Positions 39,601-47,131 are shown, numbered from the stretch's first letter. The stretch: 64,000 bases of DNA from an uncultured virus (IMG/VR IMGVR_UViG_3300038465_000034) (IMGVR_UViG_3300038465_000034), one strand, 5' to 3'. Notes: generated by a model not told the origin, from the letters alone. Numbers and translations are program-made.

Positions 39601-42600
39601 GATAGAAAGGCTCGCGGCGGCTCGCTCGTGGTTATTATGGAGCTTCAGCCGAACACCATGTACCTTGACGAGGACAACGTTACAGGGGTTCTCGGTGCTC
39701 CAATCAAGCACATGAGCGATAACACCTTCCACGTTCTCTGCTACTACTTGGCAGCTACACAGGAAGGCGCAACCCAAGACTGGCAGGATGAGATCAGGGT
39801 GATGCGGGAAGATTACGTCCGCAAGTGTTTCACGCAATGGGAAGCCAAGTTCGCTGAACGTAAGATGCCATTCCATCCCGAACTGAAGGCTGAGCTTGAG
39901 AAGCTCCTACCCAGCGTGTGGCTAGGTGCCGTCACCCGTGCGGCGGGTCACGTCAAGGACAACTACTCCTACATTCGAGCATGGGATCAAGTCTTCTACG
40001 GCACCCCTAAGGAGAAACAACGCCCCGACATGAACACCATACTCCCCGATGCGTCCGAGGGAGAGGCGGCGTTCCGCGAAGCGGCAGAGAAGGTCACCCG
40101 TACATTGCGGCTCCTAGCCCGTCCGAACACTGAAGGAAGCCAGACATACAACATTAACACCTCCCGCATCAATGAGCCGATTGGCTTCAGCGGGTCAAAC
40201 CACATTCTCGCTCTCGTAGAAGTTCGGGACCTTGAAGTGCGGGCAACCCCATCGCCAGTTCGAATGCTTCTACACTGGGGCACCATCCCGCCAGACTTCT
40301 TCACCCAGTGGAATATAAAGTTTGGCAGCAAGTACGAAGTAGTGGACGCCCGCAAGGGTCAGCCCAAGGCTAAGGGCGTGGCGGCATCGGCTCACGAAGA
40401 CGATCCTCAGGTCTTCTACCACGGAACCTCGTGGCAGGCCGCTCAACTGATCGACAAGGAAGGTTTGAAGGCGAGCGACAACCGTCTGACAGGCGGCAAG
40501 AAATACATCTGGTGCGCCATCGCGGAGTTCGCGGCGAAGGAATACGGTGCGAGTGTGACGGACAGCGACCAGTACGCCGTGATCGAGTTCATCTGGGATT
40601 ACGGCAAGAGCGAGCCTGACCCGGAGCATTTCGAGGAAGGCGACATGTACCGCCGCATTGAGGGCGATATCCCACGGTCGGCGATTACCAAGATCAGCTA
40701 TTTCGACGACGGGCAGATTGTCAAGACGGCTGCGGTAGAGGACGAAATCAAGATCATTACGGCTCCAGACGGTCGAATTACGGCCAAGCATGTCGATGGA
40801 AAAGCTTCAGGCACCATGGAAGACCGCGAGGGACTGGCTAAGTGGTTTGAATGTAATACTTTACCGCAAGAAGGGGCTCAGCAGTACGACAAAGCCTTCG
40901 TTTTGGGCACCGTAACAGTCAAGGTCACCTCACGCCGTACAGGGCTCGGCAGGGCGCTTGTAGGCGCTGTGCTCGACGCAGCGAAGACTCAGGGTGCCAA
41001 AGTGTGCTTCCTGCTCGCTCAATCGCTCACGGGGCTCTCAGCGAAGGAATTGAGCGCCTTCTACAGCAATCTCGGGTTCCAGCCCTACGTAATCGACCCA
41101 CCGCCTCGTTGGTTCGATTCCAGCACCGCAGGCATCTTCATGAAGAAGCTGGCAGGCGTGGCAAAGTTCGCCGCCATGAATCACATTAGCCAGCAGGACG
41201 CCGTAGACCGCAAGATGTTTGGACCCGTCTACCACGGCACCACCGAGGAGAAGCAGGAGAGTATCGGGAACGAGGGTTTCAAAGTTTACATCGGGGATGC
41301 GGGCTCGGGCGACGTAGCCCACGGTTACGAAGGCAACCAGCCATATCATGACGGCATCCCCGCTCCCGTGCACCACCTCGGATTCGGGATTTATTTAAGC
41401 ACGAATAAGACCATCGCGAAGCAGTTCGCGGGCGGTACAACGCGAGGCATGAAGAGTTACTACCTCGACGTGCCGCGCCTTGAGACCATCAACTTCGGAG
41501 TACCGAAGACGATGATGAAATGGTGGATCAGTCAGGGTTACAACGGAAAGCTTGCCAAAAAGGATCGTGTGGAAGCAACCAAACAGATGACCGAGCACCT
41601 CAAGGCTCAGTTCGACGCCGTGTGGTTCAAGGGCAAGGGCATGTACAAGCTGCTCGATGGCGATCAGATTTGTGTGTTCGATTCGAGTCGCATCTATGAA
41701 GTCGATGCAGCTATGTCGAAGTCGGGTGACATCGGCTCCAAGGTCATTCGTAAGGCCGATGGGATGAAGGGCGTCATCAAGAACGTTCGCAGCATCCCGC
41801 CAGACGTTGCACAGCAATACCACGGCGGGGCGGACAAGTTCTACGAGATCAAGTGGACAAAGGGCGGCACCGACCACAACGTCTACGCCCGCGACATTGA
41901 ATTTGTTGGGGCACCCAAAGCTCAAGGTGCGACCGCCTCCAAGACAGCATCGTTCTTCTGCGTTGCCTGCGATGGTGGGGATTGCATTGAGCACGAGAGC
42001 CTGACCGCTGCCGTCAAAAACAACATCAACAAGCTCACCTTTGGGCCTGAGGAAAATAACGATGAGTACGGCGGTTGGACGATCAATGCATGGGCACCTG
42101 ATCGGATGCCGCGCCCCCGCGCTCAATACGAGGGTCCCGTAGGCTTCATCAATATTGGAATCGAGGGAGCGAGCATCGAAGGTCCGTATGTCTACGACAT
42201 CAACGTTGAAGATGATTGGCGAGGTACGGGTCTGGGTCAGCAGCTTTATGACTTGGCTGTCGCGGAAGCAAAGAAGCGCGGGTACACTGAATTCAATTCA
42301 AGCACAGACCAGACTCCCGAAGCGAAGGCAGCGTGGAAACGTCTATCGCAGCGGTATCTGGTGACCCGCAAACAAGATAAGACCGAGAACCTACCCTACT
42401 TCAGCATGAAATTGGCTGAGGGGTTTAACGATGAAGGTTTCTGGGCAGGCGAAGGCAATGCCGCATCTGGCGTGCTTCCGATCTGTACCACCACGCAGCG
42501 TATTTGTCTCGCATGGCGATCACCTGATGTCCACATCGGCGACTGCTGGGGCACCATAGGCGGGGCGTGTAAGCCGAAGATGAGTCTCGCGGAAAGTGCC

Positions 42601-45600
42601 AAAGCTGAACTGACGGAAGAGACGGGCTTCAATGGTGGTATCACCATGCACCCAGCTTACGTATTCTCAAGCGGTAGTTTCTCCTACCACAACTTCCTCG
42701 GCACCGTAGGCACGGAGTTCCGATTCGCTCCGCAGAGCGAGCATCATTGGGAGACCACGGGGCTTGAATGGTTCACGTGGGATGAAATTCAACAGATGGT
42801 AAAGGAAGACTCCAGCGATTTTCACCCCGGACTCATCAGTTTGTTCAAGAGCGATGGCAAGAAGATAGAGCAACTCCTCGGCAAGCCCAAGACGGCATCC
42901 GAGAAGTGGTATCGCAACCTTCCGTCTCCAACGGAATGTCTCGATTGTTCCGCCGCCGATGTGATACGGCATCAGGAAGAACGAAATGATATGGATTACG
43001 GCTTTGACCCAGAGTTCATGAAAGAGATGGAATCGGTACCCGCGAGAGCTTTAGTGTGGGTGACTAAAACTCCCGAGGCAGCAGCGCAGTACGGGGAAGA
43101 CGATATCCATGAAGTTCAAATTGGCGACCCCGAAATTCTCGTCAATGATGGAGAGGACGGGTATCTCGTTCTTGATCGTTCGAAGATAGCGGCGGGCGAC
43201 GACGGAGATATGCCGAACCCGCTCCAAGTTTTCCCCGAACGTCCCGACGTGATGGAGACTTTCCGCCACATGCGTCCGTTTGAACGTGATCGTTTGATTG
43301 AGGAAGCTTCACTTGAGATGGTCAATCCAGCCGACCTGAAGACCAACCAGAAGACAGTGACCAAAAAGACCGTCCAGTGGTTCATGGACAACCCCGAGGA
43401 GATCAGGAAGCCACGGAGCAACGTCGGGCTAAGCGACACCGAGCAATTGTACCCGCTTGTCTGTAAGACCAGTGATGGGTTGTGGCTCTATGATGGCAAC
43501 CACCGTTCCGCTGCCGCCCTCAAGTTAGGTATGGAGATCGAGGCGAAGATTGTAGACCTGACGGACTATGAGGAACCGCAAGAGCATACAGCATCGGACT
43601 CGTGGAAGGACGAGGGTTTGCTCAACGAAAGTGATATGAAGAAGTGGAAGCGATATTGGGATGGTCGTGGGCATAGCACTCAGATCGACAAAGCCGAGGA
43701 TGGGTTGTACCACTGTTGGATCAAGTTTGCCACCACACCAGCTAGGGCATTGAGGCTCTACCACGTTACGACAGTGCCTATCGCCAAGGACATCAAAGCC
43801 CATGGCTTCAAGTCCATCGATCAGGGTGTGTGGCAAGACTATTACGCTCCGCAAGGTCGTGACGGCATCTACTTCTACGATGACCTGAAGTATTCCGATG
43901 CCTACGCCGCCCACGCCGAGGGCAAGCTATGGATGAAGAACTTGGAAACCGAATCGTGGGACAAGGCTAAGGCCAATAAACCTCAGATGGCGATCATTGA
44001 GGCGCAGGTGCCAGAGAACATCGTCGTTACCACGGATGAGAAGGAAGATGGCTTCTTTGTACCCACTGCTGACCTGAACAAGATCAAGATCACGGGCATG
44101 TACAAGTTCGATTATGTTCCGACCGAGGGACGGCAGCCGCGTGAGAAGTTCGGGGCTACATTACAGCCGACATCCATTGATGCCCTGTCGAAGGACACGC
44201 AAGCTGATATCGCATTTATGCTCGCCGAGGAGAACGAATTCTTGTTGCGGGCAGGGTACGATGAGTCGGATGTCAAGAGCAACCTCATTGGAATGGTTGA
44301 CGAACCCAAAGTCCTGCTGGGCAAGATGCCTGTCGAGCAGCTTTACAAAACATTTAACCGCAAGGTGAATAAGGTTGACACGGCAGTCGCCAAGTACGTT
44401 GAGATGCTGAAAGACCCACAGTTTGAATTCGATCCGATCCTCGTGGTGGATGGAAAATTCTACGAAGGCGGGCATCGCATGGAAGCCTACCACAGGGCGG
44501 AGCGAACTATGATCCCCGTCGTGGATGTTACGAACCTTGTAAAGGCACCGCCTGAGAACTGGGAAGCGTGGATGAATGGAGAGGATGTCACCGCCGATCA
44601 GATGTTCCCCATACGGAAGCAAGCGGCAGCTTTCCCGACCTTCGAGCAGGTGATGGATGAGATTACCTTGGCCGACGACGAGTTCATGTTCGGCACCGAC
44701 GAGGAAAGCAAAAGATGGTATGACCAAGCGTTGGCATTCTGGAAGTCCCAGTCCTTCCCGCTGACAATCTATCGGGGCTTGGCAGTATTCGATGAGAGGC
44801 ACGAGATCAATTACAACACGTTTGGTTGGTCGTGGTCTTTGGATAAGGGATTCGCTCAGCGTTTCGCTGAGGACAAGTACATCGATTACCCCGACAAACA
44901 CCGCATCGAAGTTTATGAAGGCAAGATCACCGCGAATGCCGTAGACTGGCTCAACACCTTCAGGGCTTGGGTTACTATTCCCGAGGAGAAAGAAGTTCGG
45001 CTTAAGGCGGGTGCGAAAGTTCAAATCCCAGCGTTGAGTCGCACGGTCACCGCTGCCGATGACATGAAGCCTCGTAGCAAGTACGACAAGGTGTGCCACA
45101 CCATTGCCACGGATGACGCGCTGTACAGCTACTTCGCTGACTATGTGCAATGCGCGGATGCCTTTGAAGATAACCCAGCGGCTTCGGGTAGGGTGGTCGA
45201 GCTTGTTAAATCACTCACGCCGTTTGTGCCGCCGACTACTAGGAAGTGCCTCTATCGTGGGGAAGAGATTCGCATGGGTGATGACCGTCTCCCCGCCGAA
45301 TGGGAGCCGCATCTTCGGGACTTGCTGTCTTGGTCGGTAAATTACGACACCGCCAGAGGGTTTGCTGGACATCGAGGCATCGTGTGGAAGACCGTAGGCA
45401 AGATTCAAGGGATTGCTCTTGAGGATATTGTTAGATGGCGTAACTGGACACATCCCAATGAGAGCAACTATCCGGGTATGCAGTCCGAATGGTTTGTGAT
45501 GAACACCTGCAACGCGAAGGAAGCCGATTGGCAGAAGACTGGCGCTGTATGGAGTCAAAGCAAGAAACGGTACAAGCTTTACCATGGTGGGGACACTGAT

Positions 45601-46374
45601 CTCACCAAAGTCCCTACCTACTTCACGAACAACAAGAGCTACGCCAAAGACTTTGGAGAGGTCAGCGTAGCGTACGTGACCTTCAACAATCCACTGGTGC
45701 TTAATGCGATGGAAGGTGGGTTCGAGGCGGAAGAAAGTCACATCAGGAATGCGGAGTGGCGGCAAGAACAAATCGACAAAGGGTACGACGGTCTCATCGT
45801 GGTTGGCAGCGATGCCCCCGACATGCCGCAAATCGAAGCTTACATCCCATTCTCGGCAAGTCAGGTTCAGCCTGTAATTCTTGATGGTAGCCGTGAAGTC
45901 CTCGGTTCTGAGGATAAGACAGCCTCTAAGACGGCAGCAAAGACAACGCCGATGGACGCCGATTGGAAACAGCGTGTCCAGCAAACCAACGCCCCCGCCT
46001 TAGAAGCGGACCCAGCCCTACGGCAATTACATGACAAAATTCTTGAACACGGCGGGGAAGAAGCCATGGTCGGCAACACAAAACTTCCCCCTGAGGAAAT
46101 TGAACGCTTGCTGACCCGAGGACAATACTGGGATGGGAAGAAATCAAAGCGCCAGCCAATGGAGGCGAACCACTGCCACGGGAATAGCAAGTGTCTCATG
46201 AAAGAAGGGGTGGGGGAAGTTGCTAACGGCTATGCTCTCTCAAAAGATGGATTGTGGCGGTACCATTCGTGGGTGGTCACTCCTACAGGGGTCATAGAAA
46301 CGACCACGCCACGAGAAGGCTACTTCGGTGCCATCCTGACAATGGCTGAAGTCGAAGAGGAATACACCAACTAA
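30637..46374 (+). CDS. Giant (~5,245 aa) polyvalent effector polyprotein: ~17 ART-fold, 2H phosphoesterase, GIY-YIG-like, 3 ParB/Srx-like, 2 GNAT, Nudix and papain-like domains
   Basis: Uninterrupted 15.7-kb ORF (track start 30622; ATG 30637 has AGGA upstream). Repeated YHxT...I...G[LF] and R-S/T-ExE motifs, HVT/HAT pair, (E/D)GxHR x3, RxxGLG x2 and a Nudix box. Confidence 0.85.
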   Translation: MNPLLQKTAATKVPEFIYHGTSDRYLAEILKNGLRDRSYFTTEPVARWFAANAAQKEYGGGNPIIIRVPTKSLKLDDLDWIKNSPAIPPSLSSVKDVRVWRYLHPVKVSLKDVTKVGGFKTAAAADIGMIKNIIAGADFVTEKSDQSIISDEPTKELFVLLNNYVYGRSKKRLGWQWALSLSRQAMAYLDGLDWEAGEFKLVKTNDHAFTKGRGRIKQWGGWNLSRNPEQEQKLQDLWANAPMAKFGCSAAQDDADAIEGAKEAKSGPHKNATTQVNLPAPAAARMAEAAARFPDEELGKDGREDDFHVTIKYGVEDDGDLLRQVVSEQKPFSVILGKTLVFSVSESFGKQAPVVVEAYAPELEALHNAVNEAMGTREDDFPDYKPHATLAYVKPEFAAKYEGLDWLDGVAFPVTSITLSTKGDKRINVPFGQKTASHKTPPMSDTQYENPEMGEETNAYADIPERVKGVEDLPALEDLSPALFKTGAQNFKPVPFDNWCDANPMYQPDDFNEAEYRYDENIAHFSTVTFPMTVYRAVQVEKGTEPNLEKAGVYWTWVENSADAYFGSGSMWDQGGPHPKNPETVIIKAKVLRPTDVDWDATLLANMLNEEENEITVRQGAELQLVGVNHGDAYKKPSYKKTQKTVVAYGDDSKNLPMRGQKGIGGQDFPVMTEPPLFSDEKTAGKLKYLYHATKPRLVDEILKNGLKTQYSEEHQEWGESVYLTDDPQWAMQYGGALLRVDVSKLNKELLRPDDFEFRDMWEEIPEEVRENYNNWAHASWQMSLEYVRQCAYLQDIPANAIKLVPPPESSNPMSREQQQKEFLDARTVEEVAEHFAITPEAAAKAKAEGVVKASAMKTADAESYFTGLDEAAHSIITEFEQHIKDPKYRQKWEVVPAARLKKIWNDYAKTGMVRDEKGMGDIAWTVQYNIWKIHANTILCGHSEQSPIQFAENVMGENLEEKYGRDVFQDDNSFFDDDKGAWRLSDYALDPLINAAAKLENAKTAEQQLQAVDFILNIVHARSDLASWFVQGGTATLNSLAGYKKASGSTQMLPDEVEMVADVAHGTGGKSFPKLEKEPLFPEDKEEKKVGAAKTAAGLPSFNAWVKKSGGIWKVLDQYDVDTAETYGYGLEEPDDTPAAKKRYEKELGKRALADFQERYENLIAEYQSWQFPMDVFRCISLPSGENAQQQHLFPDTPQAKLQQGLQAIKYQGVGIYWSWDENSAECHWGSGGPNVTLHGIINKNNVDWEGTLYANMFPALGDDEKEVRLIEGTQFELEGIQYDEKSGWSQPPVKTVTAAKAKKRVFYHATSAANINGIAQHGLKPSEKTNWGGMLGDSSLGKTFFANTPASAMYYAMIIFRDKLEDNGQAHVPICLRVTIPEKIQLDTERAQNVQRGVHLPESEAYAPDEESWVTEGIPPANIQMFWQGKWQPIKAGDWEEMFYYEEGEGVGYVDWEGSPVGDSVPEAMADAESFTMPKKAGVMGQVYLLHFDIDPKEEVPSTREDAKKPFHARHYMGWAENAQERIDQHYKATSGVKLIEAIHAKGISFTVARIWDDVDRDFERRMKNQGGLNRHCPICKKLGLIPASRYRGKALEKQVAPETPEAGPDFVEIEKKAAAGDLANLRSYLTLSKREMGEELARSFSGYWQEFVENEHPEFADKIDEDGYTEDFDAVPENVFGDFLDEYSSRAMQDDPAMAPTFLTVDYRRDVKNAWLVHFSDYPEAIAKEGFRYGMDRVETLALTTYFKEDAKKFGGYNFALDAHHRNLEGLGKNYGKHCVLFQANGIETWHTGDDFEQIIFWGKDAKNIIPIMHWNDEMWHAGEDADGNSLFSAYQLSEVVEWAIANAAKLLPKKVRKPKASSEMTTLYHRTRPGREEQINAQGLSHIEGGGELWFTDDPSAYYGDSPNAVYSVDVPKEEAEAAHVGGHDYRFMGRSFGPDQIKKVAAEPWEMRQDEYAGRWNEQETEEQSGVRHQKNQDWEQNSLAALSLGKITPEQAKERGVYEAKSFIPLPTTPLYHVTTAKSQVESNGLKTRRELGQNYGKGLGGGTSMSISFTDDMSIAQGIYDNLLIARKVAAGEMTLDDLISTATKGMGANRPWIDDILKSLGGSNPKDKINVELDAIQRGVAFEHGLGRPPDDEAILPQYRKPGPWRPTPWSQHWKGGDGEEKYTYWERDLTAEEKQERVFEFFKKWSFWREQAGGGLDPLYFMSDPKALGQTPESEIAILTFKAVPGAMGTRESALGEWRVYTGAAVQLTGNAAAAKMGMFNPNRANVQYKSEQGVGEWQGWNIDFSADPVKEHMLPASFVRKLKGIEQKFINVADVVETQGEQWTTDRRVDEIHTQMEAEKWFEAILVDEYEDQPGKYYLEEGHHRTRAAKKMGKTTIPAVIMKLEPRKPHWSLSSGIVRKSSDIAKFAFLIEVPKDSRGHFWDEPPAHNLEFWAFRSRPPVLMNEKVYFTFDRMPVAETTVLKVEKPGESLCELSGKYEDHWKLYWEPKQFVKYAGTTAPTLYHGTCPENAEAIMKNGWEPNQVSSGGNAGQPQYLYLTNFPENAQWFANEKGCDTILEVRNIPMSYLEVDPEDGTEDTVERELNFSEKAFPGTVVLTKPLPADHFKVFKSKIGSLNEKRNEKWIYHPDYGAFSQKGSIGPHATLIARTMGEGMSSGRKYEEVLRGYAVIDVDQKTVTLATPTNELIPNDVVDLFKKTYPHYALSIPAESKAIGVTAAMPKKWYHGTSTKNAEIIMGDGYLRPDQETTYDIDIPRDGAVYIAEFDVANQYAIERGGPVLEVAAPDISKLLPDEDDVYELLNDRGGELNVKGSAQAKRVKALWLKQWNDENASYNEPEKFPIYKNFEEAWKAWGEIEFEGSAELAEQMKYLTDYIVKNDPKLARAIIELSGKAAHMGPLKVVRQVKTAAPKSIWYHGTSIKNLRSIMSQGLVPEGTEKVWADDPDAGISAPSRQSYGGIYVSQNLMTAAGAPDTEDRKARGGSLVVIMELQPNTMYLDEDNVTGVLGAPIKHMSDNTFHVLCYYLAATQEGATQDWQDEIRVMREDYVRKCFTQWEAKFAERKMPFHPELKAELEKLLPSVWLGAVTRAAGHVKDNYSYIRAWDQVFYGTPKEKQRPDMNTILPDASEGEAAFREAAEKVTRTLRLLARPNTEGSQTYNINTSRINEPIGFSGSNHILALVEVRDLEVRATPSPVRMLLHWGTIPPDFFTQWNIKFGSKYEVVDARKGQPKAKGVAASAHEDDPQVFYHGTSWQAAQLIDKEGLKASDNRLTGGKKYIWCAIAEFAAKEYGASVTDSDQYAVIEFIWDYGKSEPDPEHFEEGDMYRRIEGDIPRSAITKISYFDDGQIVKTAAVEDEIKIITAPDGRITAKHVDGKASGTMEDREGLAKWFECNTLPQEGAQQYDKAFVLGTVTVKVTSRRTGLGRALVGAVLDAAKTQGAKVCFLLAQSLTGLSAKELSAFYSNLGFQPYVIDPPPRWFDSSTAGIFMKKLAGVAKFAAMNHISQQDAVDRKMFGPVYHGTTEEKQESIGNEGFKVYIGDAGSGDVAHGYEGNQPYHDGIPAPVHHLGFGIYLSTNKTIAKQFAGGTTRGMKSYYLDVPRLETINFGVPKTMMKWWISQGYNGKLAKKDRVEATKQMTEHLKAQFDAVWFKGKGMYKLLDGDQICVFDSSRIYEVDAAMSKSGDIGSKVIRKADGMKGVIKNVRSIPPDVAQQYHGGADKFYEIKWTKGGTDHNVYARDIEFVGAPKAQGATASKTASFFCVACDGGDCIEHESLTAAVKNNINKLTFGPEENNDEYGGWTINAWAPDRMPRPRAQYEGPVGFINIGIEGASIEGPYVYDINVEDDWRGTGLGQQLYDLAVAEAKKRGYTEFNSSTDQTPEAKAAWKRLSQRYLVTRKQDKTENLPYFSMKLAEGFNDEGFWAGEGNAASGVLPICTTTQRICLAWRSPDVHIGDCWGTIGGACKPKMSLAESAKAELTEETGFNGGITMHPAYVFSSGSFSYHNFLGTVGTEFRFAPQSEHHWETTGLEWFTWDEIQQMVKEDSSDFHPGLISLFKSDGKKIEQLLGKPKTASEKWYRNLPSPTECLDCSAADVIRHQEERNDMDYGFDPEFMKEMESVPARALVWVTKTPEAAAQYGEDDIHEVQIGDPEILVNDGEDGYLVLDRSKIAAGDDGDMPNPLQVFPERPDVMETFRHMRPFERDRLIEEASLEMVNPADLKTNQKTVTKKTVQWFMDNPEEIRKPRSNVGLSDTEQLYPLVCKTSDGLWLYDGNHRSAAALKLGMEIEAKIVDLTDYEEPQEHTASDSWKDEGLLNESDMKKWKRYWDGRGHSTQIDKAEDGLYHCWIKFATTPARALRLYHVTTVPIAKDIKAHGFKSIDQGVWQDYYAPQGRDGIYFYDDLKYSDAYAAHAEGKLWMKNLETESWDKAKANKPQMAIIEAQVPENIVVTTDEKEDGFFVPTADLNKIKITGMYKFDYVPTEGRQPREKFGATLQPTSIDALSKDTQADIAFMLAEENEFLLRAGYDESDVKSNLIGMVDEPKVLLGKMPVEQLYKTFNRKVNKVDTAVAKYVEMLKDPQFEFDPILVVDGKFYEGGHRMEAYHRAERTMIPVVDVTNLVKAPPENWEAWMNGEDVTADQMFPIRKQAAAFPTFEQVMDEITLADDEFMFGTDEESKRWYDQALAFWKSQSFPLTIYRGLAVFDERHEINYNTFGWSWSLDKGFAQRFAEDKYIDYPDKHRIEVYEGKITANAVDWLNTFRAWVTIPEEKEVRLKAGAKVQIPALSRTVTAADDMKPRSKYDKVCHTIATDDALYSYFADYVQCADAFEDNPAASGRVVELVKSLTPFVPPTTRKCLYRGEEIRMGDDRLPAEWEPHLRDLLSWSVNYDTARGFAGHRGIVWKTVGKIQGIALEDIVRWRNWTHPNESNYPGMQSEWFVMNTCNAKEADWQKTGAVWSQSKKRYKLYHGGDTDLTKVPTYFTNNKSYAKDFGEVSVAYVTFNNPLVLNAMEGGFEAEESHIRNAEWRQEQIDKGYDGLIVVGSDAPDMPQIEAYIPFSASQVQPVILDGSREVLGSEDKTASKTAAKTTPMDADWKQRVQQTNAPALEADPALRQLHDKILEHGGEEAMVGNTKLPPEEIERLLTRGQYWDGKKSKRQPMEANHCHGNSKCLMKEGVGEVANGYALSKDGLWRYHSWVVTPTGVIETTTPREGYFGAILTMAEVEEEYTN

Positions 46375-46664
46375 ACCCGCCGTCCCTTCTTCTTGGCGTC
46401 ACGAATACGCTTCTTCTCCGCACGCTCCTTCATAACCTTCTGCTCGACCGCCCACAGGAACAAGCCTTCCCACGAGAAGTCAAAGGTCTGTCGCGTGCCC
46501 TTGAGCCGCACACAACCGTGAAATCCGTTATCGACCTCAATAATAATGGGACGCATGACAGGACGACGGAGCGTTTTCTTCTCCACGGTATGGCTACCCC
46601 ACCCCCGCATCTCGGCGTCAGTCTCGAAGCTCAGCCGCGTCTTCCGCTTGCTAACCTTGGTCAT
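46371..46664 (-). CDS. Hypothetical basic protein
   Basis: AGGAGG RBS and TGGTATAAT upstream of ATG 46664. Confidence 0.65.
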   Translation of the reverse strand: MTKVSKRKTRLSFETDAEMRGWGSHTVEKKTLRRPVMRPIIIEVDNGFHGCVRLKGTRQTFDFSWEGLFLWAVEQKVMKERAEKKRIRDAKKKGRRV

Positions 46665-46825
46665 AGACCTCCTTTGATCTATAACCATTATACCATGATG
46701 GGGGCTTAAGACTTGACGTTTGATGCACTTACGGGTAACAAGTCCTGTGATTTCAACACGAAAAATATTTATTTGACAAGAATTTCCCACAACTACTGCA
46801 TTTCTTCAATAGAGGGACAATTTCA

Positions 46826-47131
46826 ATGGACTTCAAAAAATTTCTTCCCAAACTTCAACCGTGGCTGGATAGGCTCCAGAACTATTTTCACATTCCCATC
46901 GCCTGTGCGTTCCAAGCGGCGATTCTCGGATGGCACTGGCACACGGGGAAGGATTTGGGTCCGAATGTTCAGGGCACGGTGTTTAGTTTCTACGCTCTTT
47001 TGGGCGGACACTTCGTAGGTAGTCAAGTCTGGCCTGACAAAACACTCCCGCCAACGGTAAACGTGGACGTGAACAACAGCAATGTGAACACGGCACAGGC
47101 TACCGTTGCTCCCGATCCGTCGAAGGGTTAA
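46826..47131 (+). CDS. Small two-TM membrane protein (holin-like, tentative)
   Basis: Two hydrophobic segments and a GAGGG RBS. Isolated + gene. Confidence 0.55.
   Translation: MDFKKFLPKLQPWLDRLQNYFHIPIACAFQAAILGWHWHTGKDLGPNVQGTVFSFYALLGGHFVGSQVWPDKTLPPTVNVDVNNSNVNTAQATVAPDPSKG

Noticed and set aside
30777..46199. Many antisense and alternate-frame ORFs within the giant gene
   Set aside because: They are shadow ORFs from codon bias, with no motifs or RBS.
30637..46374. Giant ORF as tape measure, adhesin or polymorphic toxin with immunity genes
   Set aside because: It lacks helical tape-measure, RHS or haemagglutinin repeats, has no adjacent immunity array, and consists of many small enzymatic domains.
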